Shown piece after piece: positions 10,683-25,426 of a DNA stretch of 64,000 nt (the first letter of the stretch is position 1; each line of letters begins with the position of its first letter). The position numbers and the translations under genes were made by a program. This DNA is from Octopus vulgaris. Its lineage: Eukaryota. Location of the stretch: contig OX597817.1 in NCBI GenBank assembly GCA_951406725.2, positions 64,046,001 to 64,110,000 of the forward strand, given 5' to 3'. The notes below the pieces were generated by a model that did not search any database, was not told the DNA's origin, and saw nothing but the letters and a program-made list of their open reading frames with translations.

Positions 10683-13430
10683 TATATATATATATAAGTA
10701 TACACATATATACACAAATATATGTGTGTATGTATGTATATGTTAAAAATATAGTTTTTAAATTCACAAAACAACAAACATTGACTGAATAAAGATCGAC
10801 AGTAACTTCAAAATTTTGCCAGTGATTGTTTATTCAGAGTATTATCAACATATCACTTGATTTATAAATAGTATTGAAGAAAACAGATAAATTATTAATT
10901 ATTTAATATGGTCATAGATAAAATGCCTTAAAAAAGGAAGTTTGTCCATCAGAACTGTTTAACAACATAACTGTTGGCAGAGATATCCCTGCTACTGCTG
11001 CTTATAATGATGAAGCTGGTGGTGGTAATCTTCTCTACTATAGGCACAAGGCCTAGGCTAGCAGATTATCTCAAACCCAGTGCTTGACTGGTACTTATTT
11101 CAACTCTGAAAGGATGAAAAGCAAAGTCGACCTCAGAAGAATTTGAACTCAGAATGTAAAAACGGACAAAATGCTGCTATGCATTTTGTCAGGCATGCTA
11201 ACAATTCTGCTAGTTCACTGCCTTGGGGTAGTGGTAATAATGATGATGGATTACTTAAACACAATTTATTACACAGTCAAATCTCGACAAGAAGCTATAT
11301 TTCCAACATACACTAGTTTCTGATCTCAGTAAAGAAGCTTCAGGTAACAATTTCATTTTACATAGCAATTAGAATAACTATTAACTGCACAACAAACATA
11401 CTGTGAGACAGACTGTACTGTATACAAATGATGCAGGTCCTATATGGAGTAGGGTCAACCACTACAACAGTCCAGAGCCAGGAGTGCCAAGGAGAGGGCT
11501 CATGACTATCTGCTGGTTGCCTTTCTCTATATATATTTATCCTTTCTTTTACCTTCTACTTGTTTAGGTCATAGAACAGCAGCTATGCTGGGGCACCACT
11601 CTGAGGGGTTTTAGTCAAATAAATTCACTCCAGTACTTATTTATTTTTTAAAGTCTGGTATTTATTCTGTTGGTCTCTTTTACTGAACTGCTAAGCTATG
11701 GGGATGTAAACAAACCAACACCAGTTGTCCAAGTGATGAGGGGACAGACGCACGCACGCATGCACACATACATAATACATACATATACATGACAGACTTC
11801 TTTTCAGTTTCCATCTACCAAATTTACTCATAAGGCTCTGGCAGTCTGGGGCTATAGCAGAAGACACATGCCCAAGGTGCCATGCAGTGGGACTGAATCT
11901 AAGACCATGTGGTTGGGAAGCAAATTTCTTACCACATAGTCATACCTGTGCATATACTAAAAATAAACAAATAAACACAACTTCTAATTTTGGGAGGACA
12001 TCCCACCACTCCTGGTGCCTTTGTGCTTCCTTACCAAAGTTCTCTCAGAGACCCTTAGTGTCAGAAGCACTGTCCTGTTTTATGAAGAAAGAACAGTGGT
12101 TATGCTTGGAAGAATGTAATGTGTACTATGTATGCATGTGATGCAATGTTGATGTTATGTGCCACTATCTCCTAAGTAGAGCATATTGAAAGGAAGCTGA
12201 GAAAAGCCAAGCTTGAAATAGCTATATCAGAATTAGATGTCATTAATGAGATTGCTTAACACTTCTACTAGAATTACACTGTTGACTGTTATGTAAACCT
12301 TTCAAACTTCTTTCAGCATGGAACAGCAATGATGGTGGTGGTAGCATGTGGTAGTATCCAAAATAACAACAATATACACAAACCAACCATTGCCACTCGA
12401 CTTACTAAAAATAACAGCCAGCTCTCCCTAAATCAAACCCTACAATCTTAAAAGGAAGGGTATTTAATAATGTAGTCTTAAATATGCAATGTCTGTGAGG
12501 TGGCTGAAATACCACTGATTACAGGACAACAGGGCTCGACCAAAGGGATAAAAGAACCTCTGTGAGCTCAAGTGACTTGCATGGAATAGCAGTTAAATCT
12601 ACTGCAGATCACATCCTCCACAATGTCTTAAAAAAAGAAAGAACACTTTGGATAATATAGACCTAGATAAGAAAACATACTGGATGGTTATGGTTGGAAT
12701 GCTTTTGATTATATGTCTGTTCAAATAGGGCTGACTAGGGAATAAATAAAAACAACAAAATTATTTGACTGACAGAGTAGATGGATGGTTGATTGAATGA
12801 CAGGAATAACTGAAAACTAAGTAGAAACTTCAGTGAAATAGAAGTTATTTAAAGGAAATTAGTATGTTACATTGATTATTTTATCTATTTTTGTCTGTTG
12901 TCTAAACAAATGTATTATTTCCTCACACATCACCTAAGTAGGGGAGAAAAATTGAAAGAAAGCCAACAAAGAAGGTTCTCTCCATCATTATTCAATCTGC
13001 TAGAAATAGCAGACAATTTTCCCTAACATTACACCCTATATTGTCTTTAGGAAAAAGGACACTTCATATATTGTATTCCAGTCATAACCGTCCCTTTTTT
13101 AATTTTCAGACATGGTTTATTTATCCAATATGTACATTTCTTAATGAGATTACAGAGGGTGTGATTTAAGGGAGATTTAGCTACTATTTCTAGCAGGTTG
13201 AATGACAATACAGAGGCTACCTTATTCCTCTTCTGATCAGCCCTACAACAAAAAGCATGCTAAACCAATAATGAAAGACATTCCAGACTAACAGGCATTG
13301 TATACCTAGGAGTACATTGACCAAAAAAAGGGAGAGAAAACAATATGGTTGAAGTTAGAAGGCATTTGGTTATTGATCCTTCTCCCAAAGTGATTCAAGC
13401 AGGGCCACCAAAGGAGAAAGAGGGGGCTAA

Positions 13431-13643
13431 CCCTTTAGCACTAAGATTACTATCAAATGTAATGCATATTTATTATTTTTGAATTAATCATGCATTATCT
13501 TGTAGCTTCAAGATTTTGGTACAGTGGTTGTTTATTTTTAGGATGGCACTGAAGGGTATGTATGAGAGGCCTGATTTGGCTGGTTTAAACATAAAATGGG
13601 TAGAATATTTGGGTAGGATAAGGCCAGTTTAAGTGCTAAAGGG
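13431..13643. mobile_element. piggyBac-type MITE with CTAA target duplication
   Basis: TIRs CCCTTTAGCACT / AGTGCTAAAGGG. CTAA at 13427-13430 and 13644-13647. Confidence 0.8.
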
Positions 13644-16600
13644 CTAAAGAATAAGAATTCAAAAGCAAACTAGTAATGTAGTAGAAACTGTAATACTTCC
13701 AGTCATATACATACAAGCTACCTTGACATTAGTTAGGTCAGAGAGACATAGATTAATAACTAAGTAAGTAATAACTAATATATTTAATGAGGTGAGTGTG
13801 ACATCTAATCAATCAACACCTATTCCAGGAGACATAAATATTAGACAACACTTAAATTAAGTAAAGCTATGAATGTCACAACTTGAAACAAAAATTATTT
13901 ATATTAAACAAGTTGACACATCACACCTCCTAAGTCTAATTTTTTCAAAATTGAAAACAGGTAATGCAGCAGATGGAAGAGAACACTGTGATCTTTGACA
14001 AAGACAGGGACACCTCTAAACATGTTCCAGGCTTATTAGAAGATATCTTCAGCAAAGAATAGATATCCGTATACATATCTGCCAGATCAATAAAGCAGTA
14101 TAAATGAATATTGTCTGACAGTTATCAGCTCCTTAAAAGAATTCATGCCCTCATGATAAAAAACCAATGTTGCTAAAATGTTAACACTTTGAGTAATCTG
14201 CTAGTCACCACCAGCCATCGTAATCTTCCATCAAAGCAACTGAAGCACTTTAAGTAGAATTCTATTTGCTAATTTGCCAGAAATATCATCACTATTATAA
14301 TCACCACCAAACAACACTTGTATGTACATTGATTTTAAACACAAACATTAATAGTAGTCTTTGACCTACACTTAACTGTCTCTATACTTTTATCAAGACT
14401 AATCACTAAGAGAATACTTCTGTAGCTACATTATTCTTTCTTTCTCACTCAATCCCTCTCTCACACACACACACATTGATGCATAAACACATACAGACAC
14501 AAGTACATGCAGACATACACACAAACATATACATACAATTACACATACGGTTACATACACATAGATGCAGACAGCTGTTTCATCATTTCTAACCTACAGT
14601 GTATCTTGTCCTCCAACACAAATCAAGTTAATGAGTACCTTTAAAGTACATTGCAGGATATACCTTTAAATCATACCATCAACTGAGCAACATCACTCCA
14701 CTTTCCAACACTACCATTACATGTGCACCCACTTCACAACTCAAATGCCTTTTGCCTTTAGTCCAGAAGCAAAGGAAGATAACAGCTTACAACAGATATG
14801 TATAAGATTAAAGTCTGACATTGCTCTTGATAACAATAAAATGTACCTTAAACAGAAGAGGAAAGGATAGGGTCTATGCCAGGCATGGACTACAATTTTA
14901 GAGAAACTGGCTGCATGAGACACGGATCATCATCGGCCACTACTGAAAAAATCCAAGGTAATTTTTCTTTAGATGTGCCATTCAGAAAGTCTCATGGGCT
15001 GCAGTTTGCCCAAGACAGGTCTATGCAGTATCTGAAGATTAAATAGATACTTAATGATTCTTTCATCACTACTTCAGTCTATTCTTTTGGCTAATGAGGT
15101 CTAATGATAATGAAACATGTTCCTTTATAATATTGCTCATTTACTAATATTGTCCACATAATTATTTCTCATTAACTTTTTAATGTTTACTGCAGTGACT
15201 ATGTTTTGAGAGTGTTTTTTTTTTTGCTTTGTTCTATTACTGTCATGGTACTTGAACTTGAAATTCAATAATTTAAGTTTATTTGTAATTAACAAGAATG
15301 GCAAGTAGATTGCAGAATCTGCAGAGTAAATGAATAAAACAACCCTTTACATTGAAAGACCTGCTGGGGTCCACAGAAACTAAGTGGGTAGAGGAGGTGG
15401 ATATAGAGATAAATAAATAGGTAGATAGATAGATAGATACATACACACACACACACACACATACACACACAAAGTTGATGTCTGTTGCCCCTCTTGGACA
15501 CTTTCTCATTTCCCCCATCACTCACTCTTCTATTAGATGTAGAGTTCTGCTAATGTAACAGGTTGAACAACTATATAGAGGCCCTGTCATTGACTTCGTA
15601 TTTCTAAAGTTATCCTTGTTTAGCCTCTGGTCACTCATCATCAGACATACAAATACTCAAAGGCAATCCAGACATGAACAACACATATTTCCTGAGATAT
15701 GAAGATTTGGTTGCTATTTCTAGAATGTCAAATGACCATAAAGAGGTATCCTTGTTAACTTGTGCTCCCACTGGCATTAAGGTGGTTGGTGCAAGGAAAG
15801 GCATCCAACTGTAAAACCCTGCCAAAACAGACAGTGAAGCCTGATGCAGTCACCTAGCCAGCCCCTATCAAGTCATCTAACTCATGCCACCATGGAAAAT
15901 AGATGTTAACTGATGGTGATGATGATAACTATCTGTGGGTAAACTATGTGGACTGTTACCTCAGTGAGTAGTGGTAAGAATGTGGAAGCATGTCCTAGTT
16001 GGAACCAGTTCTCATCATTTAAGTCATTCTAGACCATGGGAAAGGTATGAATACCAGAAGACCCCCAATTTCTGGTTCTATTGAGGTCAACAGAGCTAAA
16101 AATACCATCCTTTGATGAATATTGTTGTCTATGGAAAGACAAAGAGGAAATTTTAGATATTTGATATTCAAATCAACTATCTTACAAGTAATGAGGTGAG
16201 TAAACGATGTACCAATTTACTTGTTTAACTCAAGTACCTGATAAAGATAAAATCAGGTTAAATTTCAATGATGCTGTTTAGCCCCCAATGGATCAGACAT
16301 ATGATCAAAGGTTTTCTAGTCATGATCATCCTATCTTTTATTTAGATACTGAGTCTATTTAAGGCTATATTATCGAATGTCTCCTGCTTGATTTTCTTAA
16401 ACACAGTAAGATGTGGTCTGAAGGAGATTCATATTGTCATTTTACATTGGCTTATTCAATCAATGTAAACTAGGAAGTGAATATGTTATTGGGTCATCAA
16501 GTTAAGAATACAGTACCTCTTATTTGCTTCCACAAATCCAGAATTTACAGAAGTCCAGGAATAGTGTACAATACCATGCAATATACTGTCCCCAGTATTG

Positions 16601-16814
16601 CATAAATAGATCATTTCTGAAGCTGTTTAATTTGTATAGTGTGTGTTAAAAATAGATTTGTTCTGTAATTTTTTTTTTTATTGGATTGATAAAGATAAAA
16701 CACACTTTACTTTACAAGTGTATTCATTTGTACTTGTATCTCTTAAACAAAATCATGATCTTTATTTTTCTTTATTTAATTTTCATCCTATAAACATTAT
16801 ACTGTATACATAGT

Positions 16815-17380
16815 ACATCATCATCATTGTTTAACATCCATTTTCCATGCTGGCATGAGTTGGACAATTTGACTGAGGACAGGCAAGCCAGTCAGGCGGC
16901 ATTGGCATCGACCCATGTTTGAATGGTGCTTATTATGTGCCAGTCAGGCGGCACTGGTACTGGCCACACCTATGATTTCATTAACTCAACAGGTCTTCTC
17001 AAGCACATGTCGCCCAGCGATTCAAGGATACTTTTAAATGGGCTGGTTATGTGACACTGGTTATCATCCACAGCTACGATCTCACTTTCCTTGCCCGATC
17101 TTCTCAATCACAACATATCTCCAAAGGTTTTGGTCTATTGTCATTGCCTCTGTGAGGCCCAATGTTCAAAGGTTGAGCTTCACCACTTCATCCCATGTCT
17201 TCCTGGATCTACCTCTTCCACTGTTAGGGTGTGATATTTCACACAGCTGTCCTCATCCATGCACAGCACATGACCATACCAGCACAGTTGTCACTCTTGC
17301 ACACCACATCTGATGCTGCTTATGTCCAATTTTTCTCTGAGGGCACTTAAACTTTGTCAAGTATGCACACTGACATTCTT
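16815..17380 (-). mobile_element. Degenerate RTE-clade LINE 3' fragment
   Basis: Reverse-complement homology to the 34778-35648 copy, covering the RT C-terminal region and the (GAT)n tail. Confidence 0.65.
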
Positions 17381-17545
17381 TTATCTTTCCCCTTATCCCT
17401 CTCCATGCTGGTACTTCCCCTCAACCACACCTCCACCCTTGTTCACCACTCGATACAATTATCATCACTCACTTCTCTAACCATCTATAACTCTCCTTAC
17501 ACTCTTATGAAACTTCCAGACCCACCACCAATCTACTGTCTCTAT

Positions 17546-18062
17546 CAGAGGTTCTCAACTTGAGCAGTACCAGCCCAAGGGGCTGCTGGGCAAGTTGAAG
17601 AGAGCGTTAAGCTTTAGGGGGCAGTGAGGTAACATAGTTCATCATCATCATTTAGCATCCATTTTTTATGCTGGCATGAGTTCAGAGAGCTGTACCAGGC
17701 ACCAGTCTGATTTTGGCTTACTAACATACTAAATTTTACCTAAAGTAGTAATTATATTATACATGATAAAACCAGTAATGGTTATTAAAATAAAATGAGA
17801 GATAAGTATATATCGTGACTAAAGACATGTTTGAAAAAGAATAATTAAATTTTAATGGTATATTTCTGTTCTGAATAGTATTTTTAGGCACAGTCTTACT
17901 TGTTTATTTCAGATATTGTGATCACAATTTGAGTAAAATTTATAAATTGTCACCCATGTTAAGCTAGCTTAGTCATGATACCTCACTTGTCACTTAGGTG
18001 GGTACTACGCATAACTACTACTTAAAAAGGGGCACTACAAAAAAAATGGTTAAGAACCATGG
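17546..18062. mobile_element. hAT (Charlie-like) non-autonomous element
   Basis: Ends CAGAGGTTCTCAAC / GTTAAGAACCATGG. 8-bp flanks GTCTCTAT and GTCTATAT match at 7 of 8 positions. Confidence 0.65.
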
Positions 18063-19454
18063 GTCTATATCTTTTGATACCAACTTTCTTGTATTTGATG
18101 ATGCTCTGGCATCTCAGCATCTCTTTTGTTCCAGTTACTCCCGTCCACACTTATATAATGCTAGGTAGTCTTGTATCTCTTCTAAAGCAAGACATCTAAT
18201 TTTTGTTCTTCTATCACACTTTCACTTCTCAAAACTTGACAGAGAACCAGTGCCCCTCGTCCTCCTTTTAAATACTAACCCCCACTCACACCCCATTTAG
18301 TTGAGAAGGCCTTTTCTTTTCCCCATCTATTTTCCTGTTCTTTTCTTGTCTTGCAAGTTACTTGGTGACATCACAAATACCAGTGGCACAAAAAAGACAT
18401 CCGGTACACTCTGTAGAGAAGATGGCATTAGGAAGGGCATATAACCAGCGAAACCATGCCAAAGATGATATTGGAGCTTGACATGGCCCTGCAACTCGCC
18501 AGATCTAATCAAACAATTCAACCCATGCTAGCATGGAAAACCGACACTAAATGATGATGCTGATTACATATTACCAGTGGATTAGCAGATTAAAGCATAA
18601 AATAAAATGATTTGTGATATTTCTTCTGGATCTTTACATTGTGAGTCCAAATCTCACTGCGGTCAACTTTGCCTTTCATCTCTCTAAGGTTTTATGTATC
18701 ATGTCATACATCTTTGTGTTCTGAGTTTACATTCAGCCAAGGTTGACTTTACACTTCATCCTTTTGGAGTCATTGAAATAAGCATCAGTTGAGCACTGAG
18801 GTTGATATAATGGACTTATCCCTCATCCAAAATCCCTGGCCTTGTGCAAAAATTTGAAACCATTATCAATATTATTATAAGGCAGTTACTTGACAGAATT
18901 CACAGAGAATTAGAAATAATGCCTTCCAGTTGTTTAGGTTCTGAGTTCAAATCCTACTAAAGGTAAGCTTACTTTTCTTCCTTTCAGGGTCAATTAAATA
19001 TAGTACCAGCCAAGTACTAGAAAGCCAATGATATCCACTAGTTCCCTTCCTTCAAAACTACTGGCCTTGAGCCTAAATTAGAAACATTAACTATCATTAC
19101 TACTACTACTACTACTACAACTACTACTACTACTACTACAATCTTATCATTATTGACTTAAAAAGAATATCTCACTAGAATAAATTAATTTGAAAAAAAT
19201 AAGGAGTTAAAATGTAGGACTTGAATATTTCCTTTTCTAAGGAAATGACAGCCACACAGCATATAAATATAGCTGTGTGAATAGTAATCTAGTTCAGCAC
19301 AACCAATACTTCTCCCCCTCTCTTTACTGATAAGATCAAATGTAGTTTTCTTGATCAATGTTGCTTGTTTTTGTATAATCCTCTAGTTGGACTTGATCAA
19401 GCAATGATAAAATTATTTTACTAATTCATCATTATTTCAAAATTATTTTAAACA

Positions 19455-19870
19455 TAGGCTGGTGTCACATAAAAGGCACCCATACCAGTCCCATGTAAAA
19501 AGCACTTATGCCAGTGCCACTCAAAAGCACTTGTGCCGGTACCAATGCAAAAAGCACTTGTGCCAGTGCCACATAAAAAACACCCATTCTGGTCCCACAT
19601 AAGAGGTACCCTTGCTGGTGCCATATAAAAAGCACCCATGCCAGTGCCATGGTAAAAGGTACCTGTACTGGTGTCGCATATAATGTACCCATGCTGGTAC
19701 CACATAAAAAGCACCTAGTACTTTGTAAAGTGATTGGCGATAGGAAGGGCATCCAGCCTTAGAAAGGGTGTCAAAACAGACAATTGAAGTCTGATGCAGC
19801 TCTCCAGCTCCTAACAAACAGTTTAACCCATACCAGCATAGAAAACAGATGCTAAATGATGATGATGATA
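19455..19870 (+). mobile_element. RTE-related 3' tail with expanded ~20-bp tandem array; similar arrays at 45040-45230 and 59290-59480
   Basis: Repeated GTGCCACATAAAAAGCACC-like units followed by GGAAGGGCATCCAGC..AAATGATGATGAT. Confidence 0.75.
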
Positions 19871-22697
19871 CAGTTTAGCTCCACAGAAATATGATAACAA
19901 AAGATTAAGATGGCAGAGTATAATTTAGTCATGGGCAACCTTTCCCAAGAAGCAGGCTGCATGAGACATGGCTCATTATCAGGCAGGCCGCACAACTAAA
20001 AATCTCAAGGTAATTTTTTGCTAGGTGTACCATTCAAAAAGTCCTGCAGGTTGCAGTTTGACCATAACTGATGTATATAAAGGAGATTTGGTTGTTATTT
20101 CTAGCAGGTTAAGAGAAAGAAAGTTAGTCTTTAATGAACATCACTGAAACATTCCAGAATATGACTATTAAAGCTAAGATGGTGAGCTGGCAGAATTGTT
20201 AACATGCTGAGCAAAATGCTTAGCAGTATTTCATTTGTCTTTCTTGTTCTGAAGTTCAAATTCTGCCATGGTCAACTTTGCCTTTCATCCTTTCAGGGTT
20301 AATAAAGTAAGTATCAGTTGAGCACTGGGGTTGATACAATTGCCTTATCCCTTACCCCAAACTTTATGGCCTTTTGCCAAAATTTGAAACCAATATAATA
20401 TGAATACTAAAGCTACAGTAAGGAATAAAAGTTGTTCAGTATAAATAGTTCTTTATTTATGATGCAAAAATTCCTATCGTGGTATGTATATTAATGCTAT
20501 TTTTATTACAAATCATCCAAGCATATGACAGAATAGAAATATATCAAGACATGTTGACTTCATGAAGAAACTTCTCACATAATATATAGAGTTGTTAGGC
20601 AAAAATTGTACATTATGGAATGAAAAAAGAATATATATTTCGACTAAAAGAAAAATCTTCAGTATATTGTTTAACTCCAGGTTATCTTTAATTGAGTAGA
20701 CCTTTAATCAAAGATATTCCAACAATGACCATCTCTTCTTATATTGAAATGTATCAAGGACTTCATTATCCATTTTTTTTTAATGGTACAATGTAATCAG
20801 AGCTGTTACTTCAAGCAGGTGAATAAAAGTGTACAGTCATTCAGAAACTGAGATACATTAGCTCTCTCATTCTACCAAATTGACATTGCCTATACAGGTG
20901 GATGATGTGTCACACATCAGATGTTGAAATGGTTTTAGATCAACATGAAATGAAGTGTTTTGCTCAAGAACATAATACACTGTACAATACAAGAATTGAA
21001 ACCACAATCTTACAATTGTGCTGCATTCATGAGTACACCTTAACACCTTTAGGCAACACACCTTCATGATAAATATATACATTTATATATTTAAGGATAT
21101 GAACATACACATGCTAAACAGAACATATCTGTTTCATGCCATAGCCAAAGGGAAATAAGAAACTTCAAAGCTATGACTATTGCCTATAAGGTGGGAATGA
21201 AAGCAGTTTAAAAAAGAAAAATGTATTTCATGCAAAACAGCTGTGCAAATTGGGTTACTTACTTCAAAAGCTAGAGGTTATATGAATGAAATGCCAAGCT
21301 GTCAGCCTTAAATAGCCATGGCCAGCAATCTTTGTATGACAAGAGGATATATATTATGAGATACAATACAAATCAGTTGTGTGTATGTGTGCTTACATGT
21401 GGGTATAAATGTGTGTGAGTATGTATACACATATTTGTTTTTACATTTGTTTTTCCATGCTAGACAAAAATATTATATTTTTGTTTTACAGCCGGATGCC
21501 CTTCAAGTCATTAACCCTAACCTGTTTTGCAAGTAAGGGATATCTTATTCCACAAGTCTTTGAAGGCACAAAGCCAGCAGATGATGTGCTAACACAGGAA
21601 ATGACAGCAATGTTACCACTTGTAACTTATTGATCTTTGGTGAAGTGTAGATACAAACAAACAGACACACACACAACATGCCATCATTATTTAACAGCCA
21701 TGTTTCCTGTTGGCATTTGATAAGATCCAATGGGTCCAAGGACTACATCATTCTTCAGTGTCTGCTTCAGCATGGTTTCTATAGCTGGGTACCCTTTTTA
21801 ACGCCAACCACTTTACAGTGAGTACTGAATGTGTTTTTTCATGCCACTCACACCAGTGAGGTCACCATCTTGCTTGCAAACTATAAACCCTGAGGAGAAC
21901 AACTGGATAAACACACACACGCACGCACACGCACACACACACACACACAAAGTGGGCTTGTTTACATCTCTGCCTACCAAATCCACTCACAAAGCTTTGG
22001 TGAGCTTCATGTTAGGAGGAGACACTTGCCCATAGTGACATACAATGAGAATGAAGCTGAATTCATGTGGCAGCTTAATTGCAGTGAATTGCTCCATACA
22101 TGTAACTGTCAAGTACCATTTTTAAACCAGATTCTGAGTGAAAATAGGAAATGAATTCTTTGCAACAGTATTAAGTAATGCAGACAGTAGCTGAGCCCAA
22201 ATCAAAAATCTATAAACACATCTATGATGGAGACTTACCCAAAGAAAATTTTTTTGGCTGTTTGGTAGGATAACTAGAGCAGAATTAAGCAATCACTTCT
22301 AAAGTCTACTGTCAATAACATCACTATTCAAATACTGTTTTGGATAAAAATATCTTGGTTTAAAAAACTTTTGCACATAATCTTTCATAAGCTTGACCTC
22401 ATACTACACAAATCACTAAATATGCTCTGGAATCATTCAAATGGGAAAAAAATACTATGCATTCCATATTTTCAAGACTTTGCTCTATCAGACATCCACT
22501 TATTTAGATCTTAACAAAATCAATTACACTGGGTGGGGAATATGCCCAGCAGGGAAGAAATGGGAAATGAAATAAATATATATTTTAATTCAAAACCCAA
22601 GAAATTTATTAAATCAGGCATTCAAGAACTTACAAATAAATAGAGAAGTGATAGAAAATAAAAGAAATTATATAGATCACTAAATTAGCAGTATTAA

Positions 22698-22917
22698 CCC
22701 TTTTGTTACCAACCCGGCTGAAACCGGCTCTGGCTCTGAGTACAAATGTTTTGTTTTCATAAGATTTGAATTAAAATCTTCCACCAAACCTTAGTTGCAA
22801 TTTATGTTCCTAACACTAGCTGAATGATAACAAAGTTATTTTACTAAATTCTTTGTTATATTTAAAGTAATTGAAAGAAACACAGAGCATCTCAAAATAA
22901 ATACAGTAACGAAAGGG
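22698..22917. mobile_element. piggyBac-type MITE
   Basis: TTAA on both sides (22694-22697 and 22918-22921). TIRs CCCTTTTGTTAC / GTAACGAAAGGG. Confidence 0.85.
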
Positions 22918-23018
22918 TTAAACAGCATGTTTGTATTCTTCAATAAGTACTAAAAGTCAAACAGGACTTGCTATACAATATATGTGACATGCATGGGAGT
23001 AATTAGCAGACAGCATAA

Positions 23019-23790
23019 GTAAAATTAATTCTTTTCAATGCTCAGAAGGTTCCATAGAAGTAGTTGATAACTTTTGTTACCTGGATAACTAAATCAACAG
23101 TGGAGGAGGGTGCCCAGAGAGCACAGTAACCAGATTAAGAATAGAGTGGGAAAAAGTTCAGAGAGACATTATCTCAACTGGCAACAAGAGGGTTCTCTCT
23201 TTAAGTCAAAGATGAATTGTACAATGCTTGGATATAAAGTGTGATACCACATAGTAGTGAGATGTGGGCACTGAATGCAAAGGATGTGCAAAAGGGGGAA
23301 AGAAATAAAACAATTATATTCCACTGGATATGAACAACAGGGTATATGTAAAATTAATTCTTTTCAATGCTCAGAAGGTTCCATAGAAGTAACTGATAGC
23401 TTTTGTTACCTGGGTAACTAGATCAGATGAGCTGAGAGAAAAAGGAAGATAGAAAGACAGATTAAGAATAGAGTGGGAAAAAGTTCAGCGAGTTATTTAC
23501 GTCAACTGGCAACAAGAGGGTTCTCTCTTTAAGTCAAAGATGAATTGTACAATGCTTGGATATAAAGTGTGATACCGCATAGTAGTGAGATGTGGGCACT
23601 GAATGCAAAGGATGAGCAAAAGGTGGAAAGAAATAAAACAATTATGTTCCACTGGATATGAACAACAAGGTATATGTAAAATTAATTCTTTTCAGTGCTC
23701 ATAAGGTTCCATAGAAGTAATTGATAGCTTTTGTTACCTGGGTAACTAAATCAGATGAGCTGAGAGAAAAAGGAAGATAGAAAGACAAGG
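23019..23790 (+). repeat. Tandem duplication (~330-bp period, ~2.3 copies) of a degenerate RTE coding fragment
   Basis: TAAAATTAATTCTTTTCA.TGCTCA.AAGGTTCCATAGAAGTA recurs at ~23020, ~23349 and ~23677. Contains RTE-like FCYLG and SEMWALN remnants. Confidence 0.8.
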
Positions 23791-25426
23791 TCAGAGTGCT
23801 TTGGTAAATGACTTCATACCAATCACTCAAGTGGCCTTTCTTTGAAAGTAGTCTAGGATATTTCTATGTGTAGCAGCAACAGGAGCAGTGCTGTTCTAGA
23901 TGTCTGGGCTGTATTCCATAGTAGATCTCACCTGAGCTTTGTACAGAATTAGTTGTTGTTAGAGGGTGGAGTATTTTCTTATTCTGAAGAGGAAGACCAG
24001 TCTTTGGACTAGTTTTGACTTTGTTGAGGATGTGCTTTTGCCATAAAAGCTCTTCAGTCATGGTGAGACCAAGCATTTGTAACAACCTTGAGGGTTCTAG
24101 TTGTGTGCTGACAATGTAGCAAGGAAAGATACAATGATATATGTAGTGACTACATGTTTATACTGTTGAAAGAGACATAAGTAGATGACACCCATTTTAT
24201 TTGCTGTTTGTTAGATCTGTAAGCTGATATAAATATTGAATACATTTATACAGGAAGCCTAATTTTGTAAATTTGATAGCTTTGAAAAAAAAAAAAAATG
24301 AAATTTGATATTTACACACAACTTAACAAAAACCTGACATGCAACTGTGTTACCAACATTTATCCCCATGCCCCCACCCCACCCCCAAAAAAACAGCCAA
24401 CCTAATACTGTATTTTAAAACTTCTACAGTGCTTTACTATCTTTCCAGCTCCACACAAATTACTCCCATCCACTCTTTTATAATGTGAGAAGCATGTGCC
24501 TCTTCTATAGGAAGAAACCTACTCCAGGTTCATACTCTATGCTTTCATCACCTTGAATACAGTTGTTTCTGTCTCTACTGTAGCCCAGCCCTACTCAGTC
24601 AATGGGGTTTTTAGTCTTGCAAGCTACACTGTAATCTCACTAGTGCTGGTGCCATGTAAAAAGCACTCAGTACACTTTCAAAGTGATTGATATTAGCAAG
24701 GGCATCCAGCCATAGAAACCAAGCCAAAGCATGATGCATTCCTCAGACTTGTCGAATCCTGTCAAACCATATAATCTAAGCCAGCATGGCAGATGGATGT
24801 TAAAAGATGATGACGATGATATATACATATATTATCATCCCCAACATTATTTCATATCTGCTTTTCCAGGTTTGCACTGGTCGGATAGGTTTTCTTCTCC
24901 AATCATCTAGCTGCTTGTTGCAATCCCTCAGGCACTTCCTTTGTGAAGCTTAGAGCATCCTTATATCAGCCTTTACCACATGGCCACACACACACTTAGT
25001 AAATAAAAATATATCTAATTAAAATTCTGTTCATTAATAAAACAAGCAGATGTTACACAGCAATATTTTACTTTTGTGCACTTATGTGAAAACCAGTCCA
25101 TGTATATGAGGGTGTATTTGCATACATATATGTGTGTGAATGTAAATGACAACAATACTATTGTGGAATAAAATTAAGTGGAACTAATGTGAATAAATTT
25201 TCAATTAACAAAATTACCAAATAACAAAAATAACCAAATTATCTTCTTTTTTTTTTTATAATGTTTAATGCTTATTCTAATGAACTAAACAACTGTTATT
25301 TCTGAATTGAAACTTTCCATCCTAATTTTATATATGTTTATGTATGTCACAATCACTCTCTCTCTCTCTCTCTCATACAGACACACACAAAAGTTAGGAA
25401 CATCAACTCTAGTGAAATTATACATA

